From contig JBFOMH010000007.1 in NCBI GenBank assembly GCA_040830765.1, positions 38,356 to 102,355 on the forward strand: a stretch of DNA of 64,000 bases, written 5' to 3'. The notes below the pieces were generated by a model. That model did not search any database and was not told where the DNA came from. It was given only the letters and a program-made list of their open reading frames with translations. The translations under genes were made by a program, and so were the position numbers. Of this stretch, positions 28,371 to 38,728 are shown piece after piece. Every line of letters starts with the position of its first letter. Position 1 is the stretch's first letter. This DNA comes from Puniceicoccaceae bacterium (GTDB lineage: Bacteria > Verrucomicrobiota > Verrucomicrobiia > Opitutales > Oceanipulchritudinaceae).

Positions 28371-29255
28371 ATGACAGGGGAACTCGAGAGCTTCAGCCGT
28401 TACCTCCCACCGGACAAGCAGTCCCGGCACTGGGGTTGGCGGCTGCTCGATGCTGGGCGGCAATCCATTCCTCCGCAGGCCCCTTATCCGGTACCGGGAC
28501 ATCCATTGGGATACCTCTTTGGCAAGGCCGGGAAGCGGACACTGGACGAGTTCCAAATCATCTTCATCACTGCCGGAAACGGGACCTTTGAATCCAAGTC
28601 AGCCCCGTTGACAACCGTGGGCTCCGGAGATGCCCTGCTGCTTTTTCCCCATGAATGGCATCGTTACCGCCCCGATCCGGAAACCGGCTGGAATGAATAC
28701 TGGCTCGGTTTCCGGGGACAAGACGCGGAACGCGTAATGGGCACCTTTTTCGATCCTGCCTCACCGATCCGCCATCCCGCGCAAACGGATGAAATTATCC
28801 GGCTCTTCGAGCAAATGCTACACTGGCTGAAGAATCCGGTTGCGGGAATCGAGCAGGTCCTGGCCAGCCATGTCCCCCTCATCCTCGCCTTCCTTCAATC
28901 CGGCAGCCTGCACCAGGGAACATCCGGGATGGATGACTCCCAGTTGGTCCAGGTGGCAAAGTCACGAATCCTCCAGAACATCTCCTCGCGTACCGATCTG
29001 GCTGATCTGGCCCGTTCACTGGGGATCAGCTATTCCAAGTTTCGTGCGCTTTTCAAGGAACAGACGGGTTATTCTCCCCGTGAGTTTGAAAACCTGATCA
29101 AGCTCAACCGGGCCCGTGACCTGCTCCAATCAGGCAACTACAGTGTTTCCTCCACCGCGGACGCCCTTGGCTATACCTCCGTCTATTACTTCTCGCGCGC
29201 CTTCAAGCGGCAGTTTGGTCAGTCGCCGCGCAACTGGCTGAATCAGTCGATGTGA
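28371..29255 (+). CDS. AraC family regulator, divergent from rhaA
   Basis: Cupin motif WHRYRPD..GWNEYW plus a C-terminal double HTH ([13 protein letters not shown]). Confidence 0.9.
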   Translation: MTGELESFSRYLPPDKQSRHWGWRLLDAGRQSIPPQAPYPVPGHPLGYLFGKAGKRTLDEFQIIFITAGNGTFESKSAPLTTVGSGDALLLFPHEWHRYRPDPETGWNEYWLGFRGQDAERVMGTFFDPASPIRHPAQTDEIIRLFEQMLHWLKNPVAGIEQVLASHVPLILAFLQSGSLHQGTSGMDDSQLVQVAKSRILQNISSRTDLADLARSLGISYSKFRALFKEQTGYSPREFENLIKLNRARDLLQSGNYSVSSTADALGYTSVYYFSRAFKRQFGQSPRNWLNQSM

Positions 29256-29557
29256 AAGACTTCCCTGAGATCGGAAGCGACGGGGCTGTTGTCAGGATTT
29301 GAGGGCATGACATCTCCCATGTGTTTCCACCAGCGCTGGCAAACCTCCGTTGAAGCAATGGCCTGCCAGCGTTCCTCATCCTCAATCTCCGCATAGGCGA
29401 AAAGTTGGCGCGTCTCCGGGTGCAGGAAAATGGAGTAATTGTGCACCCCGTGCTCCTTCAAGACCGCTTCCAGTTCCTCCCAAATCGGGCTGTGGCGCCG
29501 CTCGTATTCCTCCTCAGCGCCAGCGTTGACGCTCATCACAAACCCCTTCCGAATCAT
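29243..29557 (-). CDS. rhaM: L-rhamnose mutarotase
   Basis: [30 protein letters not shown] and LREVFH motifs. Confidence 0.92.
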   Translation of the reverse strand: MIRKGFVMSVNAGAEEEYERRHSPIWEELEAVLKEHGVHNYSIFLHPETRQLFAYAEIEDEERWQAIASTEVCQRWWKHMGDVMPSNPDNSPVASDLREVFHID

Positions 29558-29558
29558 C

Positions 29559-29747
29559 CTACTCTCCAGTCGTGGCTTCCTTGTTCAACTTCTGCACCAT
29601 CGGCGCGGCTACCAGCCAGAGGACGGTGCCGATGAGCATGACAATCTTCACCGTGGCCAGTTGCAGGGTACCGGTCAGGAAAAGGATGGAAGGGAGAATG
29701 GTCAGGGCGAGCCCGACGCGTCCGAGAATTTTCAATACAGGTTCCAT
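29559..29747 (-). CDS. Small two-TM membrane protein
   Basis: A 62-aa hydrophobic ORF packed tightly between the transporter and rhaM. Confidence 0.7.
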   Translation of the reverse strand: MEPVLKILGRVGLALTILPSILFLTGTLQLATVKIVMLIGTVLWLVAAPMVQKLNKEATTGE

Positions 29748-29757
29748 ATCAAAGGCT

Positions 29758-31140
29758 TTAGGCGTTGGCAGAGGATTTGCGGGTAAAGACAAGGAACAGT
29801 AGTCCACAGGCAATCCAGCAGGGCAGCGGGAAATACCAGGCGGAAATGCCCTGCACTTGAATAAAATACATCGCTACGCCGACGGGAATGACCCAGGCGA
29901 GGAGTACAGGTATGCTGAAGGAGCTGGCCGGCTTGGCATTGTGCAGGTTTGCCGCGTCCCCCTTGCGGTGGAAATGCCAGTCAAAGAAGATGATGGCCCC
30001 GATTGGCGCAAGGATGGTTCCGTAGAGGCCGACGAATCCGAGCAACTTCCATGCAAAGGCGGGGAAGACACCGGCAACCGTGGCGATAAATCCGGTCACC
30101 AGTGTGACCTTGAAACGGGATACTTTGGGCATGATCGCCTGGAAGGCCAGGCCGGCGCGGTAAATGGTCGGGTTGGCGGTTGTCCACCCGGCAAGGATGA
30201 CGCAGATGATGCCAGCGAGACCGACGACGTTGTTGGCCATCGGGCCCGGGACCGGATTGGCGTCCTGGGTCAGCTTGATCTGGGCGGCCAGCATGAAGGC
30301 CGCGGCAATCCACGCCATGTAGTGGCCGACATACATGCCGGCAGCCGTCGCCCATCCGTAACTCTCCTTCTTGGCAAAGCGGAAAACGGACAGATCCGAC
30401 ATTCCGACATGCATCGCCGCATTACAGAACCAGCCGAAAAAGACTACACTCCAGAACCCCATCGTCGTATCCGAAGTTCCCGCCTGGGCGAAGGCGATCG
30501 ACTCTGTCCACAGGGCCTGCAGGGCACCCCAGTCGGAAACTTCCAGTTGCTTGAACGCGATGATGCCACAGGCGGCGAAAACCAGAATCATCCAAGGTGA
30601 GGCAATATTGGCGAAGTTGGCCACGGTTTCGTATCCCTTGGCGGCGACTATTGCGATCACGGACCCCACCGCGAGGACAATGAGGACGAAGGGAATGTTG
30701 TTGGGGTAAATGCTGTCCACCGTGGGCATCGGGATGTTGAACGGAATACCGACCGCTGTCGCCGAGACGGTGATCATCGCCCCGGCAAGGAAGCAGAAGA
30801 GAACGCCGTTGGCCAGGTTGTAGAGGATGACCAGCTTGTCGCCGGCAATCTTCTCCAGATGGTAGTAAAGGGTTAACCGTGCCTTGGTGGCAATCGGTGC
30901 ACACAGGAAGCGCCAACTCAGGACCGCCAGCAGGTTTCCCAGCAGCAGGCCGACAAAGATGTTCTGCAGGCTGACCCCGGCGAGCAGGAACAACGGGCCG
31001 ATCATGAATTCGGTCCCGGCGCAGTGTTCGCCGGCGTACATGCCCCAGAACTTGTTGGCGCCCTTGAGTTGGGAATCCGGTACGGGTTCCCTCTCGAATT
31101 CACTTCCGGAGGTTTGGGGAGGAGTGGAGTCGTCTGACAT
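29758..31140 (-). CDS. NCS1/cytosine-permease-like 12-TM transporter (candidate sugar transporter)
   Basis: About 12 hydrophobic helices, EFEREPVP start and AGWTTANPTIYRAG motif; in an operon with rhaM. Confidence 0.7.
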   Translation of the reverse strand: MSDDSTPPQTSGSEFEREPVPDSQLKGANKFWGMYAGEHCAGTEFMIGPLFLLAGVSLQNIFVGLLLGNLLAVLSWRFLCAPIATKARLTLYYHLEKIAGDKLVILYNLANGVLFCFLAGAMITVSATAVGIPFNIPMPTVDSIYPNNIPFVLIVLAVGSVIAIVAAKGYETVANFANIASPWMILVFAACGIIAFKQLEVSDWGALQALWTESIAFAQAGTSDTTMGFWSVVFFGWFCNAAMHVGMSDLSVFRFAKKESYGWATAAGMYVGHYMAWIAAAFMLAAQIKLTQDANPVPGPMANNVVGLAGIICVILAGWTTANPTIYRAGLAFQAIMPKVSRFKVTLVTGFIATVAGVFPAFAWKLLGFVGLYGTILAPIGAIIFFDWHFHRKGDAANLHNAKPASSFSIPVLLAWVIPVGVAMYFIQVQGISAWYFPLPCWIACGLLFLVFTRKSSANA

Positions 31141-31286
31141 GATGTAGTTAACGGGGATTTACGGGAGAATTACTTAGGATCGCGGGACCGACAGGGATTA
31201 GCGGTTCCCATTATAGGGAGTCTGATCCGTCTGAACATGGATTTTCTGATTTGAAATTTATCCTTTTTGACAGGCTGGTCGGCTCC

Positions 31287-32150
31287 TCATCCCGGAATCA
31301 CATTCCGCACCTCGCTGGGGCTGATACCCTTGAAACGCTTGAAGACCCGGGAAAAGTGAAAGGGGTCCTCAAATCCTGTCATCGCCGCAGCTTGCTGGAC
31401 GGTGATGTTCCGCTGTCGCAGGAGATCCAGAGCATGCTCCATTTTCTTTTGGACGAGAAAGCTGTAGGGAGTCAAGTGGTGGTAACGCCGGAACAGCCGG
31501 GATATGTAGGCGGAGCTGAGGCCGGCCTTCGTGGAGATGTCCTCCATCCGGGCCAGCTCAAGGTAATTATCCTCGATGAGCTCCTTGATTTGCCGGAAGA
31601 CATACCATGCCTTTTCGCTGGCATGACGCTCCAGCACTTCGCTGCGGACACATTTGGTGAGGATGATGTCGAGGTAGGAACAACAAATCCGCCAGGAGCT
31701 GCTGTGCCCTGAGCAGGCCTCCTCGAAAAGCATTCGCACCAGGTTGCCAACCAGATCCCCTCCCCGGCTGGATCCAATGAATTGTCTCTGCAACCCATAG
31801 AGTTCGGAAGGCGAGCCGGCCGGGCAGACAAAGGCAAAGAAGATTTTCACCAGTGGCCGCTCCGGATCGGTCACTAAATGACATGGAATGTCCGGGCCGT
31901 ACCAGTACAGGCAGCCGCGCTTGAGGGTGTGTTGGATCCCGTTGAGGGTTAGGTCACCCAGGCCATCGAGTATGTACTCCATCAGGAAGACAGGAAAGCC
32001 GGACCGGTCAATGCGGTAGTCCTTCTTACAATGCTCGCGGCCGCCAAAGAAGATGTTGACCGGAACATGGGAGGGGCCGTCCGGCTGGCCGAATGAGAAA
32101 TAACGGGTATCAAATACCTGTTCCGACAACTCGATGAAAGGTTCCGTCAT
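31287..32150 (-). CDS. AraC family regulator, divergent from fucI
   Basis: C-terminal GFEDPFHFSRVFKRFKGISPS HTH; start uncertain (32150 or 32201). Confidence 0.88.
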   Translation of the reverse strand: MTEPFIELSEQVFDTRYFSFGQPDGPSHVPVNIFFGGREHCKKDYRIDRSGFPVFLMEYILDGLGDLTLNGIQHTLKRGCLYWYGPDIPCHLVTDPERPLVKIFFAFVCPAGSPSELYGLQRQFIGSSRGGDLVGNLVRMLFEEACSGHSSSWRICCSYLDIILTKCVRSEVLERHASEKAWYVFRQIKELIEDNYLELARMEDISTKAGLSSAYISRLFRRYHHLTPYSFLVQKKMEHALDLLRQRNITVQQAAAMTGFEDPFHFSRVFKRFKGISPSEVRNVIPG

Positions 32151-32238
32151 GGGGATCACATTGGGGTTCAGGAATATCCATGCGGCAATATCATATTTCA
32201 TTCAACATCTTTCCGGAAATCGTTAAGATTACCCTATC

Positions 32239-34020
32239 ATGAAAAACCCCGTACTGGAAAATCTCCCCAAAGTGGGCATTCGCCCGACCATTGACGGCCG
32301 CCTTGGTGGTGTCCGTGAATCCCTTGACAAGCTGACCATGGCCCAGGCCAAGCGGGTCGCCACCCTGATCAGCCGCAGCCTCAAGTACCCGAACGGTAAA
32401 CGGGTTCAATGTGTGGTTGCCGACACGTGCATCGGCGGTGTTGCGGAAGCAAATGTCTGCGCTGAGAAGTTTAGCCAGGAGAACGTCGGGGTCTCCCTTA
32501 CAGTGACACCCTGCTGGTGCTATGGCTCGGAGACGATGGACATGGACCCGCACCTGCCCAAGGCGGTCTGGGGCTTCAACGGGACGGAGCGCCCGGGTGC
32601 GGTCTATCTCGCCGCGGTCCTCGCCGGTCATACCCAGAAGGGCCTGCCAGCCTTCGGCATCTACGGGAAGGATGTCCAGGAAGCCGGGGAAAAGGAAATT
32701 CCCGAGGATGTTGTGGCCAAGATTCTCAACTTCGTCCGCTGCGGCCTGGCGGTCGCCATCATGCGAGGCAAGGCCTACCTCTCCATGGGAGGGACCTCCA
32801 TGGGGATCGCCGGATCGATGGTGAATTACGATTTCTGGGAAAAGTGGCTCGGGATGCGGGTCGAGGACATCGACATGAGCGAATTCATCGGTCGCATGGA
32901 GAAGGGGCTCTATGACGAGAGGGAATTCAAAAAGGCCCTGAAATGGGTCAAGGCGAACTGTCCGGAAGGCAAGGACTATAACGACGAGGCCCACACCCGC
33001 TCCCGCGAGTCGCTCGATGCCGAATGGGAGACCAGCATCAAGATGGCCATCATCGCCCGGGACTTAATGACCGGCAATCCCAAGCTGGCTGACAAGGGCT
33101 TCGGCGAACAGGCCTTCGGCCACCAGGCAATTGCGGCTGGCTTCCAGGGACAGCGCCAGTGGACCGACTACTTCCCGAATGGGGATTTCCTCGAAGCCAT
33201 CCTCAACACCTCCTTCGACTGGAACGGCAAGCGCGCGCCCTACATTGTCGCCACCGAGAATGACGCCTTGAATGGGGCTACCATGCTCTTTGGCCATCTA
33301 TTGACCAACACGGCCCAGATTTTTGCCGACCTCCGGACTTACTGGAGCCCGACTGCCGTCGAGAAGGCCAGTGGACACAAGCTCCGAGGTGCCGCCAAGG
33401 ACGGTCTCCTGCATCTCATCAATTCCGGACCGGCCGCCCTTGATGGAACCGGCGAACAATCCATCGACGGTCAACCGGCGATGAAGCCGTTCTGGGAAAT
33501 CACCAAGGAAGAAGTCGATGCCTGCCTCAAGGCGACGACATGGCATCCGTCTGTGACAGAATATTTCCCCGGTGGCGGATGGAGCACCCGCTTCAAGACC
33601 AAGGGCGGCATGCCCGCCACGATGACCCGGATCAACCTGGTCGATGGCCTTGGTCCAGCGCTCCAAGTCGCCGAGGGCTACACAGTGGAACTGCCGCAGA
33701 AAGTCCATGATGCCCTCGATCAGCGGACCAATCCCACTTGGCCGACCACATGGTTTGCCCCCATCCTGACCGGTGAAGGCGCTTTCCGTTCCGCCTACGA
33801 GGTCATGAACAACTGGGGCGCCAACCACTGCGTCATGACCTATGGACATGTCGGTGACCGCTTTATCACCTTGGCCTCCATGCTGCGTATCCCGGTCTAC
33901 ATGCACAACGTCAGCGAAGACCGCATATTCCGGCCCAGCGCCTGGCGCGCTTTTGGTACTGCCGGGCTGGAAGGAGCTGATTTCCGTGCCTGCGAGAATT
34001 ACGGTCCGCTCTACGGATAA
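32239..34020 (+). CDS. fucI: L-fucose isomerase
   Basis: [45 protein letters not shown] and NWGANH motifs. Confidence 0.97.
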   Translation: MKNPVLENLPKVGIRPTIDGRLGGVRESLDKLTMAQAKRVATLISRSLKYPNGKRVQCVVADTCIGGVAEANVCAEKFSQENVGVSLTVTPCWCYGSETMDMDPHLPKAVWGFNGTERPGAVYLAAVLAGHTQKGLPAFGIYGKDVQEAGEKEIPEDVVAKILNFVRCGLAVAIMRGKAYLSMGGTSMGIAGSMVNYDFWEKWLGMRVEDIDMSEFIGRMEKGLYDEREFKKALKWVKANCPEGKDYNDEAHTRSRESLDAEWETSIKMAIIARDLMTGNPKLADKGFGEQAFGHQAIAAGFQGQRQWTDYFPNGDFLEAILNTSFDWNGKRAPYIVATENDALNGATMLFGHLLTNTAQIFADLRTYWSPTAVEKASGHKLRGAAKDGLLHLINSGPAALDGTGEQSIDGQPAMKPFWEITKEEVDACLKATTWHPSVTEYFPGGGWSTRFKTKGGMPATMTRINLVDGLGPALQVAEGYTVELPQKVHDALDQRTNPTWPTTWFAPILTGEGAFRSAYEVMNNWGANHCVMTYGHVGDRFITLASMLRIPVYMHNVSEDRIFRPSAWRAFGTAGLEGADFRACENYGPLYG

Positions 34021-34061
34021 GCGGATTGAGATTTGTCCGACAAGGGTCCATTCTGATCGGC

Positions 34062-35657
34062 ATGCAAAGGAGTATCCCATTTCTGTTCATGGCGATGCTG
34101 GTTGCCGGCACGGCCATGGCCCGCCCTGTCCACCTGTTCCTGGCCGGGGATTCCACAATGGCCCTGAAGGGCCCTGCGCCGGGGAATCCGGAGCGGGGAT
34201 GGGGAGAAGCTCTGCCCTACTTTTTCGATGGCAGCATTGTCGTGGACAACCGTGCCCTCAACGGCCGCTCCTCCCTCAGCTTCCGCACGGAAGGCCACTG
34301 GGACAAGTTGTTGCAGGACCTGCAACCGGAAGACTTCGTCCTTATCCAATTCGGGCATAATGACCAGAAGTCTTACGACCCAACCCGCTATGCCATGGCC
34401 CGGACTGATTACCGGACGAACCTGGAGCAGTTTGTTTCAGATGTCCGTGAAAATGACGCGTATCCAATTCTCGCTACATCGATCGTCCGCCGGAAATTCA
34501 ATGCAGAGGGGGATCTCCGGGACACCCATGGCGAATATCCGGAAGTTGTCCGAGAGCTGGCAACAGAACTGGATATTCCCCTGCTTGACCTGGAGTCAAG
34601 GACGCGGAAGCTGGTTCAGGAACTTGGCGAGCACAAATCCCGCCGGCTCTACCTCTGGCCCTCCGCTGGTAAATATGCCCGCTTCCCGGATGGCAACCGG
34701 GACGATACACATTTATCCTTGCTGGGAGCGTCCCTCGTTGCCGGTATGGCAATAGAGGAACTCAGGAATATGAAAACCCCACTGGCAGACCATTTGAACG
34801 ATAATGAGGACGACTTCCTATCGGTCCACTGGATTGAACTGGCACCAAAGGACATGAACGACACGGAGGTCGAGCTTTACGAGGATGAGCGGGTCTCCAA
34901 TGTCCGCAATCCAAGCTTGGGCGTCTTTCGAAGCACATTGGGGAAAGCTCCCCGTCCAGCCGTCGTGGTCTGCCCGGGCGGAGGCTACGCACGGCTTTCC
35001 ATTGTCAAGGAGGGCCGTGAGGTCGCTGAATGGTTCAATTCCCTCGGGATTGATGCCTATGTCTTGAAGTACCGCCTGAAGGAGTTTGGCTACCCGGCCC
35101 CATTGCTTGATACGACGCGGGCCATCCGCTACCTGCGGGCCAATGCGGATGCGTTGGGGATTGATCCGGAACGTATCGGTATTCTCGGCTTTTCCGCCGG
35201 TGGCCACGCCGCTGGCATGGCAACCACCCTCTACGATTCGCCGGATGCCAAAGCTGGTGATCCCTTGGACAATATCAGCGCGCGCCCGGACTTTGCTGTC
35301 CTTGCCTACCCGGTAGCAACGATGCTGGACCCATTCGTCCACGAGGGCTCCCGACGGAACCTGCTGGGGGAAAATCCCACTCCTGCAATGATGGAAAAAG
35401 CCTCCCTTGAGCGGCAGGTGGATGAAAACACGCCACCGGTCTTCCTCTTCCACACAGCCGATGATGCTGCGGTCCCGGTGGAAAACAGTCTCCAGATAGC
35501 CACCGCCATGTCGGCCCATGAACGGAGCGTGGCTGTCCATGTCACGGCCTCGGCCCCGCACGGCATCGGCATGCGGCCGGGCTTCGGAGCCTCCTCCAAG
35601 TGGCCAATCGTCCTTGCGGGCTGGCTGGTTGACCAGGAAATTATCGAGAAGGACTAG
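34062..35657 (+). CDS. Secreted dual esterase: SGNH rhamnogalacturonan acetylesterase (CE12-like) plus an alpha/beta-hydrolase esterase
   Basis: AGDST, NGRSS, QFGHND and DDTH (SGNH); PGGGY, GFSAGGH, D.AVP and PHG (alpha/beta). Confidence 0.85.
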   Translation: MQRSIPFLFMAMLVAGTAMARPVHLFLAGDSTMALKGPAPGNPERGWGEALPYFFDGSIVVDNRALNGRSSLSFRTEGHWDKLLQDLQPEDFVLIQFGHNDQKSYDPTRYAMARTDYRTNLEQFVSDVRENDAYPILATSIVRRKFNAEGDLRDTHGEYPEVVRELATELDIPLLDLESRTRKLVQELGEHKSRRLYLWPSAGKYARFPDGNRDDTHLSLLGASLVAGMAIEELRNMKTPLADHLNDNEDDFLSVHWIELAPKDMNDTEVELYEDERVSNVRNPSLGVFRSTLGKAPRPAVVVCPGGGYARLSIVKEGREVAEWFNSLGIDAYVLKYRLKEFGYPAPLLDTTRAIRYLRANADALGIDPERIGILGFSAGGHAAGMATTLYDSPDAKAGDPLDNISARPDFAVLAYPVATMLDPFVHEGSRRNLLGENPTPAMMEKASLERQVDENTPPVFLFHTADDAAVPVENSLQIATAMSAHERSVAVHVTASAPHGIGMRPGFGASSKWPIVLAGWLVDQEIIEKD

Positions 35658-36037
35658 GCCTTCACCCCAAAGCCAATCCAGATCCAGCCAGCCAGCAGGC
35701 CCAGCCCGCCAAGCGGGGTGATGGCACCCAGCCAGCCGATGTTGCTCAGGCTGAGCAGGTAAAGACTGCCGGAAAAGATCAGCACCCCCGCAGCCAATGC
35801 CAGCCAAGGGCCCGCAAGCCACCGCTCACGGGTCGCCAGCACCAGCAAGACGACCGCATGGACAAGATGATAGAAGGCAGCTGTTTCCCAGGTGTCGACG
35901 CGCCCGTTCTCAATCAGGAGCTCTTCCAGACCGTGTGCCCCGAACGCCCCCAAGGCCACCCCGAGGGCACCGATCAGGGCGGACGCCTTCAATGCAGTTG
36001 ATTGCGACAAACCACTCATGCGTTTCCCTTCCGCCAA
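35654..36037 (-). CDS. DUF423/TMEM256 membrane protein
   Basis: LGAFGAH, YHLVH, IFSGSLY and GAITPLGG motifs. Confidence 0.88.
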   Translation of the reverse strand: MAEGKRMSGLSQSTALKASALIGALGVALGAFGAHGLEELLIENGRVDTWETAAFYHLVHAVVLLVLATRERWLAGPWLALAAGVLIFSGSLYLLSLSNIGWLGAITPLGGLGLLAGWIWIGFGVKA

Positions 36038-36040
36038 TCC

Positions 36041-36457
36041 TTATTGGTGGAAGCCCCAGGTCCCGTCCTCCACTTCAAAGAGTTTGAATGGCAAGTCCTT
36101 GTCGCCCAGCTTGACATTCGCAACGGCGACTCGTCCCGTTTCCCCTTGCTGCTTGATTTCCGAGGTCGTCAATTGAAACTCCGCATCCTTCAATTGCTGA
36201 TAAACGGAGATCAGCATGTCGTACTGCCTCTCCCAGCGCTTGGAAAACTTCTCCACCGCAGCCGCCGGGTCAACGCCAGCAGCCTCCACCTTGTACCACT
36301 CGGTGTAGCGGGTGGTAAAAATCGCCTCATAATCCTTCTCCTCCAGCAGGGAGAGAATGGCCGCAGCGGCTTCATTGGGAGTCTCTGCCTCCGCCATCAG
36401 GGTGGATGAGAAGAGCAAGGCGAGTGGAAGAAGGAATTTGATCAGTTTGTTTTTCAT
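36041..36457 (-). CDS. Hypothetical secreted protein
   Basis: Signal peptide; co-oriented with its neighbours. Confidence 0.65.
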   Translation of the reverse strand: MKNKLIKFLLPLALLFSSTLMAEAETPNEAAAAILSLLEEKDYEAIFTTRYTEWYKVEAAGVDPAAAVEKFSKRWERQYDMLISVYQQLKDAEFQLTTSEIKQQGETGRVAVANVKLGDKDLPFKLFEVEDGTWGFHQ

Positions 36458-36526
36458 AAGTGGATATTATTTGTCGTTATTTTTTAGGTACATGTTTAAA
36501 TAAGCGAAAGCCAGCAACGGACAACC

Positions 36527-36979
36527 CTACTCCAGTAATTCGGCGATTCCGTCCAATGGGCCACCTCCCTGAGACTTTCCAAAGCGGCTAATGAAGCCAA
36601 CCACTATCTTGGCCCACCGGGGCAAGGTCGAATTGCTCAAGTCGAGGGTATGGACCAAGCGACTGCGCCGCTCCCCGCTGGGAATGATGGTGAATATCTC
36701 ATCGACGGTCCCGATTGCGGATCCATCCTCATAGGTATACCGGAAATGTACCATGCGGTCGGTCTCATATGCCACCAACTCGCCAACAGCATCCGTCATC
36801 TTGCCGTTCATCTCATAGCTTACGGCAAATTTCTGCCCGCTTTCGAACCGGGCCAATGACTCGCTGCTGATGCACTTGGTATTGTAGGCCGGCATCGTTC
36901 CCGGGTCGTGGATGATCTGCCACAGTTCCGCCGCGGACGCGTTGTACTGCTTCTCGGTCTTGAGTTTTACCGAGGGCAT
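36527..36979 (-). CDS. SRPBCC/polyketide cyclase family protein
   Basis: YNASAAELWQIIHD..MPAYN N-terminus and a C-terminal helix. Confidence 0.7.
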   Translation of the reverse strand: MPSVKLKTEKQYNASAAELWQIIHDPGTMPAYNTKCISSESLARFESGQKFAVSYEMNGKMTDAVGELVAYETDRMVHFRYTYEDGSAIGTVDEIFTIIPSGERRSRLVHTLDLSNSTLPRWAKIVVGFISRFGKSQGGGPLDGIAELLE

Positions 36980-37263
36980 TATTCGGCCAATAGATAAACC
37001 AGCAGAATGGCGATAACGAGAAAGCTGATGACAATCGCCAACCCGAAGCCGGCGATGAGAGAATCCTTGCGCTTGTTTTCCACAACCGCGGGATCGCCCC
37101 CCGCTGCAAGGGTCTGACGTCGCTCGTCAGCTTTTTTCCCGTGAAAGTACTGGAATACAAGGATCCCTCCCAGCACCAGGCCAAGGGCAAGGATGATCAG
37201 GGTCCTGGGACCACCGATGCTCTTGATGAAACCGAAGAAAAGGAGCGCGCTTTCCAATGCCAT
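36979..37263 (-). CDS. Small membrane protein
   Basis: Two hydrophobic segments; the stop overlaps the next start. Confidence 0.6.
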   Translation of the reverse strand: MALESALLFFGFIKSIGGPRTLIILALGLVLGGILVFQYFHGKKADERRQTLAAGGDPAVVENKRKDSLIAGFGLAIVISFLVIAILLVYLLAE

Positions 37264-37276
37264 CCCTCCGGGTTAC

Positions 37277-37693
37277 TCAGGCCCAGCCGAGCTGCTGCAG
37301 GCTGTGGCCGTCGTTCCAGATCTTCGTCATGTGACGGATGAGGCCATTCTCGAATTGCATCACGTAGACATAATCCGCGGCGACGGATTTTCCGGTCGGT
37401 GGGACGGGACCGCCCTCGCCGGTATGGGTTCCATGGAAGGTCGCGAAGCCCGCGACGGAACTCCGCTCGACATCCTCGGCAAAGAATTTCAAATCATACC
37501 GCCCGTCGGGAACCGGCGTGCCCAGGCCTTTCATCCACTCGGTATAGGCTTCAAGAGTCTCGATTCCGGCCAGAGCCCCGGCTTGAGCCGAAAACGAGGC
37601 ATCCGGGTGGCAGTACCCGCTGCAACCTTCCCAGCCCTTTCCCGTTTCACAGGCATCAAAAAACAACTTTGCTTTTTCTAATACATCACTCAC
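37277..37693 (-). CDS. SnoaL-like ester cyclase/NTF2-fold protein
   Basis: FHGTHTGEGGPVPPTGK and KIWND motifs. Confidence 0.8.
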   Translation of the reverse strand: MSDVLEKAKLFFDACETGKGWEGCSGYCHPDASFSAQAGALAGIETLEAYTEWMKGLGTPVPDGRYDLKFFAEDVERSSVAGFATFHGTHTGEGGPVPPTGKSVAADYVYVMQFENGLIRHMTKIWNDGHSLQQLGWA

Positions 37694-37817
37694 GTGCTTT
37701 CCTTTTGTTGGGGGTTGATTGCAGCTTGATCAATGTACGGGATCTCCGCCGCTTTGAAAATACAATTTTTCCGGCAAGCTTTGCCTGACGCAGCGGGAAA
37801 GCGAGATCCGGAGCAAT

Positions 37818-38216
37818 TCAAACACAGGAATTGAGCACCGCTTCAATGCGGTAGCCGTCCGGGTCGAGGACAAAGGCAGCAAAGTACCCTTCCCCATGTT
37901 CCGGATGCAATCCGGCCCCGCCGTTGTCTGTTCCCCCAAGCGACAGGGCCGCCTTGTGGAATTTCAGGACCGCTTCCTCGGATTGACCGGCAAATGCGAT
38001 ATGGAAGCCCTCTCCGGGCACGATGAGACCGGACGTCCGTTCCCGGATCGCGAATACGTCTGCCTCGCTGTCTCCATACCCTGCCGCAGCTTCCTTGAAG
38101 CCGTCTTCTCGACGATTCGTCCACAGCCGCCGGTAGCCCAGCGGCTCAAGGACCCCGTCATAAAAGGCAATCGAGCGATCCAGATCGGAAACCGCGAAGG
38201 AAAGGTGATGAATCAT
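37818..38216 (-). CDS. VOC/glyoxalase family protein
   Basis: IHHLSFAVSDL, HIAF and YFAAFVLDPDGYRIE motifs. Confidence 0.88.
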   Translation of the reverse strand: MIHHLSFAVSDLDRSIAFYDGVLEPLGYRRLWTNRREDGFKEAAAGYGDSEADVFAIRERTSGLIVPGEGFHIAFAGQSEEAVLKFHKAALSLGGTDNGGAGLHPEHGEGYFAAFVLDPDGYRIEAVLNSCV

Positions 38217-38255
38217 CAGGACGACCCGGGATGATGATCGGTTCTTCCCCGAATA

Positions 38256-38651
38256 CTACTGGTTCTCCGGATGGTTTTCCTTGCGTTGATGCAAGGCGAT
38301 GGTGTTCCCATCGGGATCCGCAATCAGGGCCAGGCGGCAAAACGGATAGTCCTGGATATCAAACTGGATTTTGACCTCGTGTTCCTTGAGGTGGGCAACG
38401 GCGGCATCAAGGTCCTCCACCTCCAGGCAGGCACCCCCGCCATGGGAATTCGGTTGCCAGTCGTCGGAGGCCATTGCCAGTCCGAGTGTTTGTCCGGCGA
38501 GATCAAATTCCATCCAACCGATCTCCCCCTCATGCTCCATGACCATGGTTTCCTTCAATCCGAGGATTTTCCCGTAGAAGTTGCGCGCCTGGTCGAAATC
38601 CGTCACCGGATACCCGATAAAGGCCAATTCCTTAAGTCCAATTCCATTCAT
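38256..38651 (-). CDS. VOC/glyoxalase family protein
   Basis: PVTDFDQARNFY, LEVEDLD and DPDGNTI motifs. Confidence 0.85.
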   Translation of the reverse strand: MNGIGLKELAFIGYPVTDFDQARNFYGKILGLKETMVMEHEGEIGWMEFDLAGQTLGLAMASDDWQPNSHGGGACLEVEDLDAAVAHLKEHEVKIQFDIQDYPFCRLALIADPDGNTIALHQRKENHPENQ

Positions 38652-38728
38652 AAGCTTGTTCGATTCAGATAGAATCCAGCAGAAATTCAACGGCGTGGCA
38701 ATCCCGGGGTGCTGACTGGACCTTCGGC

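Noticed and set aside
18766..28556. Extended N-termini of ackA (from 20082) and rhaA (from 28556) in the ORF track
   Set aside because: The extensions overlap neighbouring genes; family-typical starts are at 19947 and 28277.
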